Assembly: GCF_038025025.1 (NCBI RefSeq)
Contig: NW_027117338.1
Location: forward strand, 2,852,001 to 2,916,000
Direction: 5' to 3'
DNA from: Phyllosticta citribraziliensis
Lineage: Eukaryota
DNA: 64,000 nt
Under the pieces are notes generated by a model, which saw only the letters and a list, made by a program, of their open reading frames with translations, did not search any database and had not been told where the DNA came from. The translations under genes and the position numbers were made by a program. This document shows, in pieces, positions 33,401 to 46,245 of this stretch. Each line of letters begins with the position of its first letter. Within the stretch, counting starts at the first letter, position 1.

Positions 33401-34213
33401 CAGTCGGCGAAGCAGTAAATCTATGGAAGCAACAACCACCTCACGGTCCCTTAGTACGGGCGACGATTGGACTGCAAGCAGACCGACCTGTTCATCTCAC
33501 AGCAATGTGACCAGTGGTCCGGTTTCATTCGACTCCAACTCAAAGCCCCGTCTCCTGGGCCTCCGGCAGCCCTTCTTCGCAGCGCCATCTCCATCAGGGT
33601 CACCGACCGACCAAGAAGCTGCAAGACAGCACCTGGTCGCTCAAGCTGGGGATCGCAAAATCAAGGTCTTGGTTGCCGAAGATAACAAGGTAGGCGTCCT
33701 GCCCGTCTGTTCAATTGTCACTGCTGACTCTGCCCCCAGACAAATCAAGAAGTCGTGCTTCGCATGCTCAAGCTCGAAGATATTTACGATGTTGCCATCG
33801 CCAAAGACGGTCAGGAAGCTCTCGACAAGGTCAAGGAGAGCATGGAAAACCACAATCCATATGATCTGGTTTTCATGGACGTTCAAATGCCGAATCTCGA
33901 CGGACTGCAGTCGACACGACTTATCCGAGAAGCTGGATACTCGGCACCCATTGTTGCTCTGACGGCCTACGCCGAGGAGAGCAATGTCAAGGATTGTTTT
34001 GACTCGGGGATGGATTATTTCTTGTCCAAGCCTATCCGGCGACCAGCGCTCAAACACGTCCTCAAGACGTACTGTCCGCCGATTCCCGAAGAAGCCGAGC
34101 CTTCTAGCAGCTCGCCACCCTCTTCGCCGCCGAAAGCCAGGGCAAAAGACGAGCCGTCTGCTTCTTCACCTCCTTTGCAAGAGCCTCAGTCGCCTATATC
34201 ACCAATGTCTTGA
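30420..34213 (+). CDS. SLN1: Sln1/TcsB-type membrane hybrid histidine kinase
   Basis: Introns 30516-30575, 30608-30665, 31442-31505, 32431-32533, 33690-33739. N-terminus (MFK)MRIPIREQL plus TM, second TM, H-box [13 protein letters not shown]-box [21 protein letters not shown], receiver AEDN...FMDVQMP...KP. The start may be 30429. Confidence 0.93.
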
Positions 34214-35333
34214 CGAACCGGTTCTCGAGACAGGAAGATTACTGTCGTCGCATCGCACTTCAGCGAGCTAGCTGCTTTAACCGGACGAGACGCAATTTTT
34301 CGCTTTTGTTCTCTTTCTTTCCAAACTTTCTGAAGGCTTGGGCTCATGGAGGTTGTTGTATATTTTGAGACCTGGCCAAATCCTCAGCCAGCTGTGAGCA
34401 TTGCATCAATACGCTGTTCGGCGTTGCAGGGCATATTGGCGTAGGTTTGAATTTTTGCGGAGAATCCATTAGCGCTGGGCGGCACCTGTTTTCCCCCCTG
34501 TCATTCCCACTTTGAGCATGTGTTTTATCGGGACCAGATCAGACGTAGTCGACAGTCGATGGTCTGTCTCTTTTACAGCAGAGGGGTCGAGCTATGGCTC
34601 TACTGGTGCAAGGTGTCGATGCCGTGGTGGTTGGAATGAAGCCACTCTGTCCTAGCTGACATTGAACATGTGCCCAAGGTGGTGTTGGGTAGCGATATGG
34701 TGCCTCGCGTAGTGCTTTGGCGTGGACGAATACAGGTGTTGAAGCGCTCGCTAGTGTTTTTTGTGAGACGGTGGACAAATGCCAAATGGATCTTGTTTGG
34801 CTGTGGGTGAGCTGGTGAGTGACTTGGCCTGGTCTTCCACAGCTAATAAAACACCTGCAGTGTGACCAGCAACTCATGAGCCAAAGATTCACTATAAAAG
34901 GGCCTACAAGGTATTCATGACGTGCAGGCGAGGCCGAATACGGGGAAATGCACGGTCCATCTGTAGACGGCTTGTTCGCTGCTTTTCCGCATTATTGTTG
35001 CTCAGCCTTGTCTACATCTGACGAGCCGGTTTGCAGCCCAGATTTCCCGTTTCCTACCTGGACCGTTTTCAATCTGCGACTTGTGGTGGTGTTTTGCATT
35101 GGCGTGGTTCGGCCGTCGCTGGAGTGTTGCGTGATGCCCCGTCCGCCTGGGCGGATTAGCAATTGCGGGCCTTTCGGCTGCCGACCAGTCGGGGCCCAAG
35201 CTCCGACGTTTTGCGTCATGGCCGTTACTTCAAAGGAAGTTCCTGATCTTCACACCTCTCACTTCCACTGAACAAGCCGACCTCCTGTCAGCCCAATCTC
35301 CTCCGAATCCATCCATCATATCCATCCGTCACA

Positions 35334-36625
35334 ATGTTCGCGCGCCAGGTCTTCCGTCCAGCAAACATGCTGAGGACTGTAAGCTCCATCGAACCAAGCC
35401 CCACTGCAAAGCTTCTCTACGTAGAGCTTCACTGACAAGCCATTGACGCCGAGCAGCAAGTTCGCCGCTACGCCAGTGAGTCTCCCAAGAGCAGCTCCAA
35501 CGCCGCTGCCTACGCGACCGTGGCGGCGGCCGCCGGAGCTGGTGCTTGGTGGTACAGCAGTTCAGGCGCTAAGGCTGCTGCTCCCGCTCCCTCAGAAGAG
35601 GCCAAAACCATTCCCGGCAAGGCCGACTCGCTTGCCTTCAAGGGCGGCGACCAGGGCTTCATCTCCCTGAAGCTGGAGGAGGTTGAGACCCTGAGCCACA
35701 ACACCAAGAGGTTCAAGTTCGCGCTGCCCGAGAGCGACAATGTTTCGGGTCTTCAGGTCGCCTGTAAGTTTGGGTTGAACTGCGGTCTTTTGAGTTGATG
35801 AGCTGACAAGGCAATAGCTGCGCTTCTGACCAAGTTCAAGGGTCCTGAGATGGAGAAGCCCGTCATTCGTCCCTACACTCCTACCAGTGACGAGGGTAAG
35901 ACTCGGACCGCCGCGAATCACAATTGAATAATGGCTGATGGTATATCAGACACCCGGGGCTACCTTGAACTGATTGTCAAGAAGTACCCTGATGGAGCCA
36001 TGTCGTCGTACATGCACGACATGGAGCCTGGCCAGCGCCTCGACTTCAAAGGCCCTATCCCCAAGTACCCGTGGACGCCCAACAAGCATGAGCACATTGC
36101 TCTGATTGCTGGTGGTACCGGCATCACGCCCATGTACCAGCTGATCCGCGCCATCTTGAAGAACCCCGAGGACAAGACCAAGATCTCTCTCGTCTACGGA
36201 AGCGTTTCGGAGCAGGTAAGAAGACGGTTGCCTCGTGCAGGGAATAAATCGCTAAAGTTTTGCCCAGGACATTTTGCTCAAGAAGGAGCTCCAGGAGTTT
36301 GAGAACACGTACCCCCAGCGCTTCCGCGCCTTTTACGTTTTGAACAACCCGCCCGAGGGCTGGAACCAGGGCAAGGGCGTCATCACCAAGGATCTGATCA
36401 AGACTGTGGTGCCAGAGCCCAAGGAAGGCGAAAAGGTCAAGGTCTTCGTCTGCGGCCCGCCTCCTCTGTACAAGGCCATCTCTGGCACCAAGAAGAGCCC
36501 AGCCGATCAAGGAGAGCTCGATGGTGCGCTCAAGGCAAGTTGTCATCCAAGCCAAGCCGCTTGGCATGTTGCTAACTTCTCAACAGGAGCTGGGTTACAG
36601 CAAAGACCAGGTTTTCAAGTTCTAG
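35334..36625 (+). CDS. MCR1: Mitochondrial NADH-cytochrome b5 reductase
   Basis: Five introns (35379-35456, 35764-35817, ~35895-35949, 36216-36267, 36535-36586). Presequence [10 protein letters not shown] anchor, [24 protein letters not shown]-terminal QVFKF. Confidence 0.92.
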
Positions 36626-37028
36626 ACGGTTGGAGCGATTTAGAAATGCTGCATAATCACTTGACAAGGAGTCGCCTCATTTTCTGATGATTATTCACGA
36701 ACCGTGCCAGTGAGTAAGCCTAGACTGCAGACCGTCACAAGTGCCGGACGACCCTGTTGCGTCATCATGTTTCACGTGTCCCTACATCGCTGCCGTTCAG
36801 TCCACCCCGGCCCGCTACGATCGATGGAACTTTTATATATGCACTGTGCGTCCCGCGCTGAAGTGAGGTATCCAATCCAAGTTCAGCCAGCTGCATCTTT
36901 GGTGTCCATGACTCCGCGTCGACGACGTCCTGGGTGCTCTAAGCGCCAAACTTGTAGGCATATCATCTTTGCAATGCCGCCCTTTGCAAAAGACAGCGCA
37001 TCTCTTTCACCGACGGCTGTAACTACTC

Positions 37029-39463
37029 ATGATGCAGTCGTTTCTCCAATACTGGAAGATCCGCGAGCGACTCGAGCGGCAACAGGAGCAACAACAAAAA
37101 GATTTGGAGAGAACGGGTGCTCTATCAGTGCTGGAAGAAGAAGCAACAGAGCCGAGCGACGAGAAATCGATCGAGTTAACCCAAACGTCGGATCTGTCAA
37201 CATGGGAGAGCAAAGACGACGACGAGAAACTCGACCTCGAGGGTGGTCAAGCCAGTGTACCCGCAAAACGAGTCTGTCTGGTGCCAAAAGCCAGACCTCT
37301 CCAACAATTACACACACGCCTCTCTTCGGACAACAACAGCATTGACGGCAGAGACTCGCGGCCTCCGACGCCGCCTCCCAAAAACGCCGGCTACAAGCCC
37401 AAACCCCCTGACCCCCCTCGACCCCCTCGTCCACCCAAACGCCTGCGGATCCGAACAGGTCCAGCCCAAAGCACCGCAACCCCTCATCCACCGCCTCCCC
37501 CTTTTGCTCCTCCTCCACCCCCACCCCAAGCCAACGCCTCATCCTCGTCTCTCAACCTGCAGATCCAACTGACGCACCACCCCCACGCGCGGCCGTCGAC
37601 GTACGGCGACGCCAACGCGCTCGGCGTGCTGCTGTCGGGCATCACGGTGCAGGCGCAGCCGTCAGCTGCCGACGGGAAGGTGTTTGTTGTCGAGCACGAG
37701 GACGGCGATCCGCTGGATCCGCACACGTGGAGCGTGTGGTCGCGCGTCGCGGCGACGCTGCTGATTGGCGGCATTGCGTTTGTGGTTGGCGTTGCGAGCA
37801 GTATTAACAGTGCGGTTGTGAAGGAGGTGGCGAGGGATTTTGAGGTCAGTGAGGAGGTTGCTACGCTGGCTACTGGTGAGTCTGTCTTCGTTTGTGTGTC
37901 TGTTTGCTACGTCGACTGCCAGTTTCTTCTACACTATCATCCACCTACTCCCTCAACAACCACCGCCCCTTTACAATCCACATTCCAACTCCACTAACCA
38001 CCCCCTCCCCTCTAGGCCGCTACCTCGTCGGCCTCGGCATCGGCGCCCTCTTCTCGGGGCCCTGCTCCGAGACGCTGGGCCGCAACCCCGTCTACGTGGG
38101 CACACTGTTACTCTACATGGTGTGCATCGCGGCGGCCGGTCTGGCGCCTAACGCGGGGGCGCAAATCGCGTTCCGTTTCCTGGCCGGCTTCTTTGGCAGC
38201 ACGCCGCTCACGTGTGCTGGTGGGAGCATTGCGGATTTGTGGAGTCCGCTTGATCGCGTCTATGCGTTTCCCGTGTTTGCCAATGCGGCGTTCATGGGGC
38301 CGGTTTTGGGTATGTAGGACTTTATGATTCCCCTGATGCTCCTGGCCCCCTGAAAATACACCACCACCCATAACTCTATCATCAACTAACCCGCCACGCA
38401 CACCACAGGCCCCATCCTCGGCAGCTTCATCGCCACCTCCCCCCACGTCACCTGGCGCATGGTCGAATGGACGTCCCTCCTCCTGGCCTTCCTCATCCTC
38501 ACGCTCCTCACGCTCTTCCAACCCGAGACCTACGCGCCCGTCCTGCTGCGCTGGAAAGCGCACCACCTGCGCCAGCTCACGCACGACGCGCGCTACGTCT
38601 CGGCGCCCGAGGCGCGCGGCGACACGTTCGGCTCGCGCCTGCGCGCCGCATTGATCCGGCCGTTCGTCCTCACGGCCACGGAGCCCATCATCGGCTTGAT
38701 CGGCGTGTATTTGACCGTCATTTACGTCGTGCTGTTTATGTTTTTGGACGGCTTTGATTACGTGTTTGGCCGCACGTACGGGACGAGTCAGGTGCAGACG
38801 GGTTTCTGCTTCGCGGGCATCGCCGTGGGCTTGTTTGGCGCGACGGCGTTGGCGCCGCTGGTGTATCGCTGGGCCAAGAGGGGGTGGGTGTGGTCGCCCC
38901 CTGGGGTTGCGGGCGGCGAGAAGACTCAGGGCCAGCAACAACAGCAAAAAGCCCTCCCCCCCGAGTTCCGCCTCTGGTACGCCATGCTCGGCGGCAGCAT
39001 CGCCATCCCGCTCAGCCTCCTCTGGATGGGCCTCACCGCGTCCCCCCGCATCCCCATCTGGAGCCCGCTGGCCGCCAGCGCGCTGTTCGGCTACGGCATC
39101 CTGGCCGTCTTCATTTCCTCCTACCTGTACATCATCGACACGTACGCGACCCTGTCGGCGTCGGCGCTGGCCAGCGTCACGCTGGTGCGCTACGTGGCTG
39201 CGGGCGCCATGGTCAGTGTGGGCGTGCCGTTTTATGAGCGCGTGGGCGTGCGCGGCACGTTGGGGATACTGGCTGCTGTGAGTGCGGTGTTGGCGCCATT
39301 GCCGTATGTGTTTTATTTTTATGGGGATAGGATTCGGGGACGGAGTGCGTGGGTTGATAGGGGGGGTGAGGGGGTGGGATGGGATGGGGACAAAAATATC
39401 AAGATGCGAGGGGGCATGTGGGACGTAGATATGAATGCGAGGTCCTCTATGAATTTTCACTGA
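37029..39463 (+). CDS. MFS transporter, DHA1 (drug:H+ antiporter) family
   Basis: Introns 37876-38015 and 38310-38408. Motifs DPLDPHTWS, GPCSETLGRNPVY, FRFLAGFFGS, GGSIADLW, PETYAPVLL, PEFRL, YIIDTY. Confidence 0.9.
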
Positions 39464-39540
39464 TGCGGATGCGGCGCTACTACTATGGACAGAAGACGGT
39501 ATGTCAGGACAAATGCCGCCCTTCTCTACGACGATATATT

Positions 39541-41493
39541 CTACTCTTTAATCATCCGCACCACCTTGTCGCAGTTCAACAGGCAGAACGGGTCAAACGC
39601 CTTTTTCATCTAGAGTTGATGCGTCAGTATACTGTTCAAACACAACGCGGGCTCAGACAGCTCACCTGTCTCATGAGATCCACAGTCGACTGGCCAACCT
39701 CGTGAGGCAGATAATCCCGCTTGACGAGGCCGACGCCGTGCTCGCCCGTCGCCGTGCCCTCCATCTCAATGGCGCGCTCGACCATGCGGTGCACGACGCC
39801 GTGGACCGTGTCGTACTCCTGCTCGTTGTAGATGAGGATGGCGTGGAAGTTGCCGTCGCCGACGTGGCCGACAATGGCGCCCAGCACGCCGTGCTTGTCA
39901 ATGTCGGCCTTGGTCTCCTCGATGATTTGCGGCAGCCGGCTGATGGGCACCGCCACGTCCGTCGTCCACACGCGGTCGGCCGCCGTCCGCTTCATGGCCA
40001 TGTCGCTCCAGAGCGCCTCCTTGCGCGCGCTCCACAGCGTGTCAGCCTCGTCTTTGCTACTGGCAAACTCAAACGTCTTGCTGCCGCTCGTCCTTGCGAG
40101 CTTTTGCACAATGGAAATGTCCTCCTTGACGCCGGCAGGCGTGCCAGAAAACTTGAAGAACAGTGTTGGGGCTTCGGCCCATTTCTTCGACGTGGTGCCT
40201 GCGTTGTTGATGCAGCGCATCTGCACGTCGTCGAGAATCTCAATGGCCGCAATGGGCACGCCGGCGCCGACCACCTTTTGCACGCAATCGGCAGCCTCGC
40301 GGATGCTTCTAAAGCTGGAAACGGCAACAGACGTGTTGAGGGGCTTGACGGTAAGCTTGAGTGTGGCTTCGGTCACTAAACCTAGCGTACCCTCGCTGCC
40401 AATGAAAACGCGGGTAAGGTCGTAGCCCGCACTGCTTTTCCGGGGCCTTTGTTTCGTCTTGACAACGGTCCCGTCCGCGAGGACAACCGTCAGCGACAAA
40501 ACCCAATCCTTCATGGTGCCGTAGCGATAAGCATTGGTTCCGGAACAACCGGTCCCAATCATGCCGCCAATCTGGGCGCCGGGCCCTGGGTCGGGAGGGA
40601 AAAACAACCCGTGCTCTTCCAACTCCTCGTTTAATGTTTGCCAGCCTACTGCTGGCTGCACCACCACGTCCATGTCGTCCTTGTTGAGCTTGACGATATG
40701 GTCCATCCGACAGAAGTCGATGCACACGCCGCCGAGCGTGGGCGTGAATTGCCCCTCCAGACTCGTGCCTCCCGAATATGGCGTCACGGGCAGCCGTCGG
40801 TCATGGCACACCTTCATAATCTCGCTCACTTCTTGTGTGTCGGCCGGTCTCACGATGAGAAAGGGCACTTCGTCCGGGCGCGGCGAGTAGGTGGACCAGT
40901 CGGAGCCCGAGTGCGCCTTGAGGTCGGCGTCGTTGAGGGAAACATTGTCCTTGCCAACAATGTCCTTGAAGTCCACCCATGCGGCTTGGTATGTGAATTT
41001 GGAGTGATCGTGGTAGATTTTGTTGTGAATTGAGTCGAGAGGCAACGTCGAATGCGTGTTTTCCGGCGCATGTAGTTGCGAGCCTTCCCAGTAGCACCAG
41101 ACAAAGCCAAATAAGACCACTGGAAGATTCAATGTCAGCAATTGTCAAGGTGACGAGAGGGAGCAACTCACAGACTGCAATTCCAGTGCGGCCAAGAATT
41201 TTGTTTGCTATTTCATTGCCTCCGTCGCGATTGGACGGATCGAAGCCCTTTGCTTGCAGCTCCTTTTGTTTCTGGACGCGGCGGTTGGTCACGTCCATGA
41301 GCTGCAGCTTGAAGGGTCTGGGCTTGCCCGAGGAATTCCATCTTCGTTGCAGACCTGAAACGTTGCGAGGGAAGGATGCTGCGGGTGCGGGTGCGGAGAA
41401 GCTGTGGGCGGCGGCAGTGGGGGAGTAGCGCCGGGGAGCCACGGCCAAGCGCTGGTGGTGGAGCGCAAGGCGGAGCGTGTTGGACGAAAGCAT
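39541..41493 (-). CDS. DLD1: Mitochondrial D-lactate dehydrogenase (cytochrome), FAD-linked oxidase
   Basis: Introns 41171-41120 and ~39665-39610. Presequence plus TM, SGGTSLEG, PPDPGPGAQIGG, GSEGTLG, GHVGDGNFH, GEHGVG, final exon MKKAFDPFCLLNCDKV. Confidence 0.92.
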
Positions 41494-42248
41494 GGGCGGC
41501 GGATGGACTGGACTCTCAGGCTGCGATGGTCATGGCCGGTTGCTGGAGGAAGAGAGTTGATGGTCAGGATACGGTGGCATGGGCAAGGTAAGCTGAGGCA
41601 AGGTTAGGTCCGTCGGCAGGTCGCCCGCGACAGAGTAGTGGAGCTCGGTGGTGCAGCAGCGGAACAGCAGCCTTTTTGGACCTCGACGCCATGGATTGCT
41701 TGCATCGCATCATCAAACAAACACCTAACCCTATCTTCACGCAAAATACGTATTCTGACACGCGCCACGTCGCGTTGGTTCGCCTGCACCTGACTAACGC
41801 GCAACCACCTGAATCAAGACGTTCAACATTTGCAAGATGAGATGCCTAGGTCCTGTAAAATGCCACAGAATGCCAACGTCTCGCAGTCCAAAAAGGTAGC
41901 CGTTCCTCTGTACCCACAAATGCAACCGTGTCTGCGTCACGCTGATGACAACGCAGAGAAGTAAATAAAAAATGATCCAAGTGAGCGACGGCCCAAGTCC
42001 CGTCAACGCCACGCTGTAAAATCCAAAACACCGTCCCAAGAGTTCCATGTATCAAGAAATGCAAATCAGAAAATGCCAAAAATGGAATACGATGCCCTGT
42101 CCCAGGCGGCGCGGTGGGGCAAAACCTCTTCAGACTTTTTGAAAACCACAACCGAAACCTAGGCACGCTTCCCCGCTGCCTGAATGCTCCCGGCCGACCA
42201 GGGAACATGCCGTGCACCGTCCGCCGAGAGCAACCCGCCTGCCCCTCG

Positions 42249-43568
42249 TCATAGGCACTTCAGCCGGAGCAGTCTCGTACGGAACCAGGCGACAAACGCT
42301 GCCCACCTCCCCTTGATAGGCCGGCGAGTGCGCTTTTTGTTTGCTGTAGCTCGCGTCGTCCGAGTGGTATTGCTCTGCAACACATATGGTGGCGCGTTGG
42401 AATTGTGGTGAGTAGTCTGCCCAGATACGGGCCTCGGAGGTATTGCTGGAGGGTCGTCTACAGTCTTTTCGTTGATCTCCTCCATCTCTGGTCTTTGATA
42501 TCGGTCCTCGGTCTTTGCTCTTTTTCGCTCTTCCCGATCCCGCTTCCGCAATGCCTCTTTTTCAGCCTTGCGCTCTTTGGCTTCCTCTTTGGCTTGAAAC
42601 TCTGCGCGCAATGCGCGGATACTTGCAGCACGAGAGGCGGGGTCAACTGGTGATTCGCGGCCGCGCACGAACCCAATGGCCTTGTCGAGCGAAGTTCGAG
42701 AGCTTGGAGAGTGAGCAAGGTCCGACTTCATCGTGTCGCGCCTCGAACGAGTGTGGTCGTAGAGATTGGACAAGCTCGTTTGAGACCGGCTAGGCATCCG
42801 GCTGATGGAACCACTCGAAAGCGAGTGAATGGGGGCCGGCGCATTGGGTGTTGACGAAGACATGGAGCCAGAGCGCCGTTGCGGGTCAAAAATGCCTTGT
42901 CGGTAGACATATTCGTCGTCGGACATGATGTCGCTTGCTTCAGGCAGGCGGTCGTTTTCTTCGTGGATAGAACCTGCTCTAGAATGCTCGCTCAAATCGC
43001 TAATCTGGCGGGGCGTATGGCGCAAAAAGGGAGCCGTCGGTTGGCGGAGGCCGCCAGAGCTAGCAGAATTCAACGAATTGCCGCTGGTGGACCGATTGTG
43101 ATTATGCCGTCTGTTGGCGGAAGCAAAGTGCACGTCGGCGACTGAGCGGGGACCGGTAGCATAGTCGTGAATGCCTAAGCCGGCAGGACTTCCAGAGTCC
43201 GGAGCAGGCAGCGAAAGATCGAGTGAGTTGTCTTCCCTGGTGTGGAGCTTGCGGAGATATGGCCTCAGTCTCCTTGCAGACACAAAGTCCAGGCTTCGGC
43301 GGCCCTCTTCCTGGGAGGAGGAAGTGGGGGTGTCCATTGATCGAGAAGCCAAAACGGCCAGGTCTGGAGAGTGCGAGGTGGTTGGGCTGCCAGTAGGAGC
43401 AGAAGAGTCGGAAGTGCCGCGCTTGTGCAGACGGGCGTGAGTTGGGACAGTTGGAGCGGATCTGGCATGGTCGTCGAGGCGCGGCGAGCTTGTGTAAGAC
43501 GCGTGGCGGTTCAACGAGGGCTTGGGTCCAACAGGAGGGAGCGAATAGCGGGGGTGCGAGGTGGCCAT
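42249..43568 (-). CDS. Hypothetical Ser/Arg-rich disordered protein with coiled-coil and amphipathic C-terminus
   Basis: Uninterrupted 439-aa ORF with good start context (ATCATGG). Ordered-looking blocks LRPYLRKL, LDLS, GLGI, a KEEAKERK coiled-coil and WAAFVAWFRTRLLRL. No recognised domain. Confidence 0.75.
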   Translation of the reverse strand: MATSHPRYSLPPVGPKPSLNRHASYTSSPRLDDHARSAPTVPTHARLHKRGTSDSSAPTGSPTTSHSPDLAVLASRSMDTPTSSSQEEGRRSLDFVSARRLRPYLRKLHTREDNSLDLSLPAPDSGSPAGLGIHDYATGPRSVADVHFASANRRHNHNRSTSGNSLNSASSGGLRQPTAPFLRHTPRQISDLSEHSRAGSIHEENDRLPEASDIMSDDEYVYRQGIFDPQRRSGSMSSSTPNAPAPIHSLSSGSISRMPSRSQTSLSNLYDHTRSRRDTMKSDLAHSPSSRTSLDKAIGFVRGRESPVDPASRAASIRALRAEFQAKEEAKERKAEKEALRKRDREERKRAKTEDRYQRPEMEEINEKTVDDPPAIPPRPVSGQTTHHNSNAPPYVLQSNTTRTTRATANKKRTRRPIKGRWAAFVAWFRTRLLRLKCL

Positions 43569-43693
43569 GATGGCGATGATGGCGATGATGATGATGATGT
43601 GAAGAGTGGATTGCGCAAGCGATTATTACCGCAGCATCGTGGGGTGATGTTGGGACCTGGGGACGGAAGGAGTCGTCGTAAGTCGCTGCGGAC

Positions 43694-43741
43694 GGCGTGG
43701 GCGTGGGCGTGGGCGTGGGCGTGGGCGTGGGCGTGGGCGTG
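43694..43741. repeat. (GGCGTG)8 hexanucleotide repeat
   Basis: Read directly from the sequence. Confidence 0.95.
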
Positions 43742-46245
43742 AGTGTTGGCGTAGGGCTGAGGAGGTGCTCCGCCGCGTGGGTGAGGCTGTGGAGGTGAGG
43801 TGGAGAATGTAGCGGAGGAGCAGCGCTGAGCTGATGGTGAGTTGGAGTAGTCGGGCGAGGGCGAAACGGAGTGGGCGTCAGCGCAACAAAGAGGACGGCG
43901 GATCCCCCTGCGGAGGAGTGTCGAGGAAATAGCGGGGGAGGGCACCTCAGGCCCCAGCGTCGCCTCACCAACGGCACAGGATATATTAGGTATCCGGCGG
44001 GCTATCACGACAGTGCCGGGGCCGGGCCTGCTCGCGGACCACAGGCAGAACACAGGGAGCAGAGCGGGGAACTTAAGGTTGAGGAGCAGCAGGAGGAGCA
44101 TGCAGAGCGACGAGGACGGGGACGGGGACGGTGACGAGACGAGACGAGACGAGACGAGACGAGCCGGAGACGGACACGGCGGAGGTGGAACAGAGACAGC
44201 CATACATACATGTAGCTATGACTTCAACATGAGCTCTTGTTGGCTCGTCGTCTGCTTCTGTTCCTCTCTGCCTCTCGCTCTCCCGGAAACTCAAGCCCAC
44301 CCGCCCGCCTGGTTCCTTGGCAGATCTGGTCATCGCTTATCTCGACGTGGATAAGCCAACTTTCCTAGGTTTCCTTGCTTGTTTTACCGGTAGCCAGTAG
44401 CCACCACTCACTATCTCTCTTCACCCATCCGACTGCTCCGCAAACGGCTTCCTTTTTACGAGAATCTCTTCAACACTGCGTCAAAGGCGGTGTCCATCGC
44501 GACCCACCCACTGCGCCGCTGCTTCGGACGAACCGTGGGGGCTTCAACCTCACCTCACCTCACTCCAGCCAGCCAAGCTAACCTAACCAGCTCTCCCCTA
44601 GCCACCTCGCCGCTCTCTGCCTCGCACTGCCGCTAATGCGCATCGCCATCTGTATTGCATCGTAGCTGCGTCGGGGTTGACGTTGACAGCCATCCGAGCT
44701 TCTTGCCTCTTCTCACCGTCTCGTTGCCGAAAATGCTGACGTGCTGCGGCCCAGCCTCTCTGCGGCTCAGCCATGCGCTTCCGAACATCTGCCTCCCAAT
44801 CATCGTCCCTACCCTCTCCCTGGCCAGACGTTGGCGTATGCCCGACAAGTCCGGATCCCTTCCTCTGAATTCCCGCGGCCACAGCTCGGCCCATCCTGCC
44901 TTCTCCTATCACGGCACTTGTCGCTTGTCCGCCTGCCTACTGGAGAGGATACCTACCTACGCCAGCATGCATGCAGACTGCAGACTGTCGTCTCGGTGCT
45001 GCCCATCGTCCATAGTACGGCGCCCCATCGATTTGAATCATGTCCTAGACGAAAGACATGCTAGCCACATGTAGCACTCCATCTCCAGCTTGTCTCCACT
45101 CGAAGCTTCTGCAACCCTTCCATCGGCGCTTCCCGCTTGCCCCAATCGCCTCTGATCTTCGTCTTCTTCCAAGACCCCAATCACTGCGTCCAGGGGGACA
45201 ATAATCATCGAAGCCATGGCATGACATGCGTCTGTCTCGCTCATTTCGCCATTTCCACGGCGCGAGATTATAGCCAGTGCTCAGACCTTGGTTCGGGCTC
45301 CTTCCCGCGTCGTCTGCCTCTTTCGACCTAACATGACCTCCCTTTGCTGCGGCGACCATCTCGCTTCTTGTCGCCCGCATTCTGACCTCATCATGTTGGT
45401 TCCAGTCAGGGCCGGCCCATGTCCAGTGACCCATGCGCCGTCGTTGACACCAGCCAATCAAAAATAGAATCACCCCTTGATACCAGCTGCAAGAAGAGCG
45501 CGCAATGTGCTTGCTCACTTCTTCCCTGAGGGGCCTTTGTCCAACACGTAGTCATCGGTAGGCTTGAAACATTTTCAATAATTTCAACCGAGTTCAAGAG
45601 GAATCTGAAGATCAGACAATTGACAGATGTGGTTGGTCGGAAGAGTGGACAGGCATTCTCTGGACCCCTTGCCTTTGTTGAGGCTCTTGTCCAGTGCGGA
45701 GTGCAGGCGGTGAGTGGCCGTTGGTGACCTGAATCCATCGACCGGGAATGCATCCGCACCGATGGAATGGCCGAGGCTTTGCCGCCGGAGCGGGAGAACC
45801 ATAGTCCGCCGTCGGCGACGATGCCTCCGGCTCCGCTGAACAGCAGCAGCAGCAGCAGCAGCAGCCCAGCTCTGACGTCCGTGTTGTCTCCCGTTTCGCA
45901 GACGCGGTCTGACTTCGAGTTTGCGCAAATAGACCTCTGTGTCCCGACCTGCGCGCGGCGCTTGCAACCCCATCAACCATCTGTCAGCCCTTGCCGACCC
46001 TTCCCCAGCCAGCCGTCAAGCTGTGTCGGACTTTGCTGCCCTCTCAAATTCTACCGCCGACCCACGATCCAGCAAAACAACAACGAACGACGCGCATCAC
46101 CGCCCCAGTCGCGTCTCCACGCATCAGCCGCTCTATCCTCGTCCACAATCCCGCTTGAACAGCGGTACCACCTCGTCCACTTGACAAAGCGACGCGGACA
46201 CGGCCGCCTTTTATTTGGAGACCCGGGTCTCGCCATTTCGCCACA

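Noticed and set aside
36660..36687. Possible cryptic PTS1 (SRL) in the MCR1 intron-retention frame
   Set aside because: SRL is followed by IF before the stop, so it is not C-terminal. No TGA-CTA readthrough context was seen at the stops I checked.
35334..41493. MCR1-MFS-DLD1 as a D-lactate utilisation cluster
   Set aside because: The transporter is DHA1-type, not a Jen1-like carboxylate permease. Adjacency alone is insufficient.
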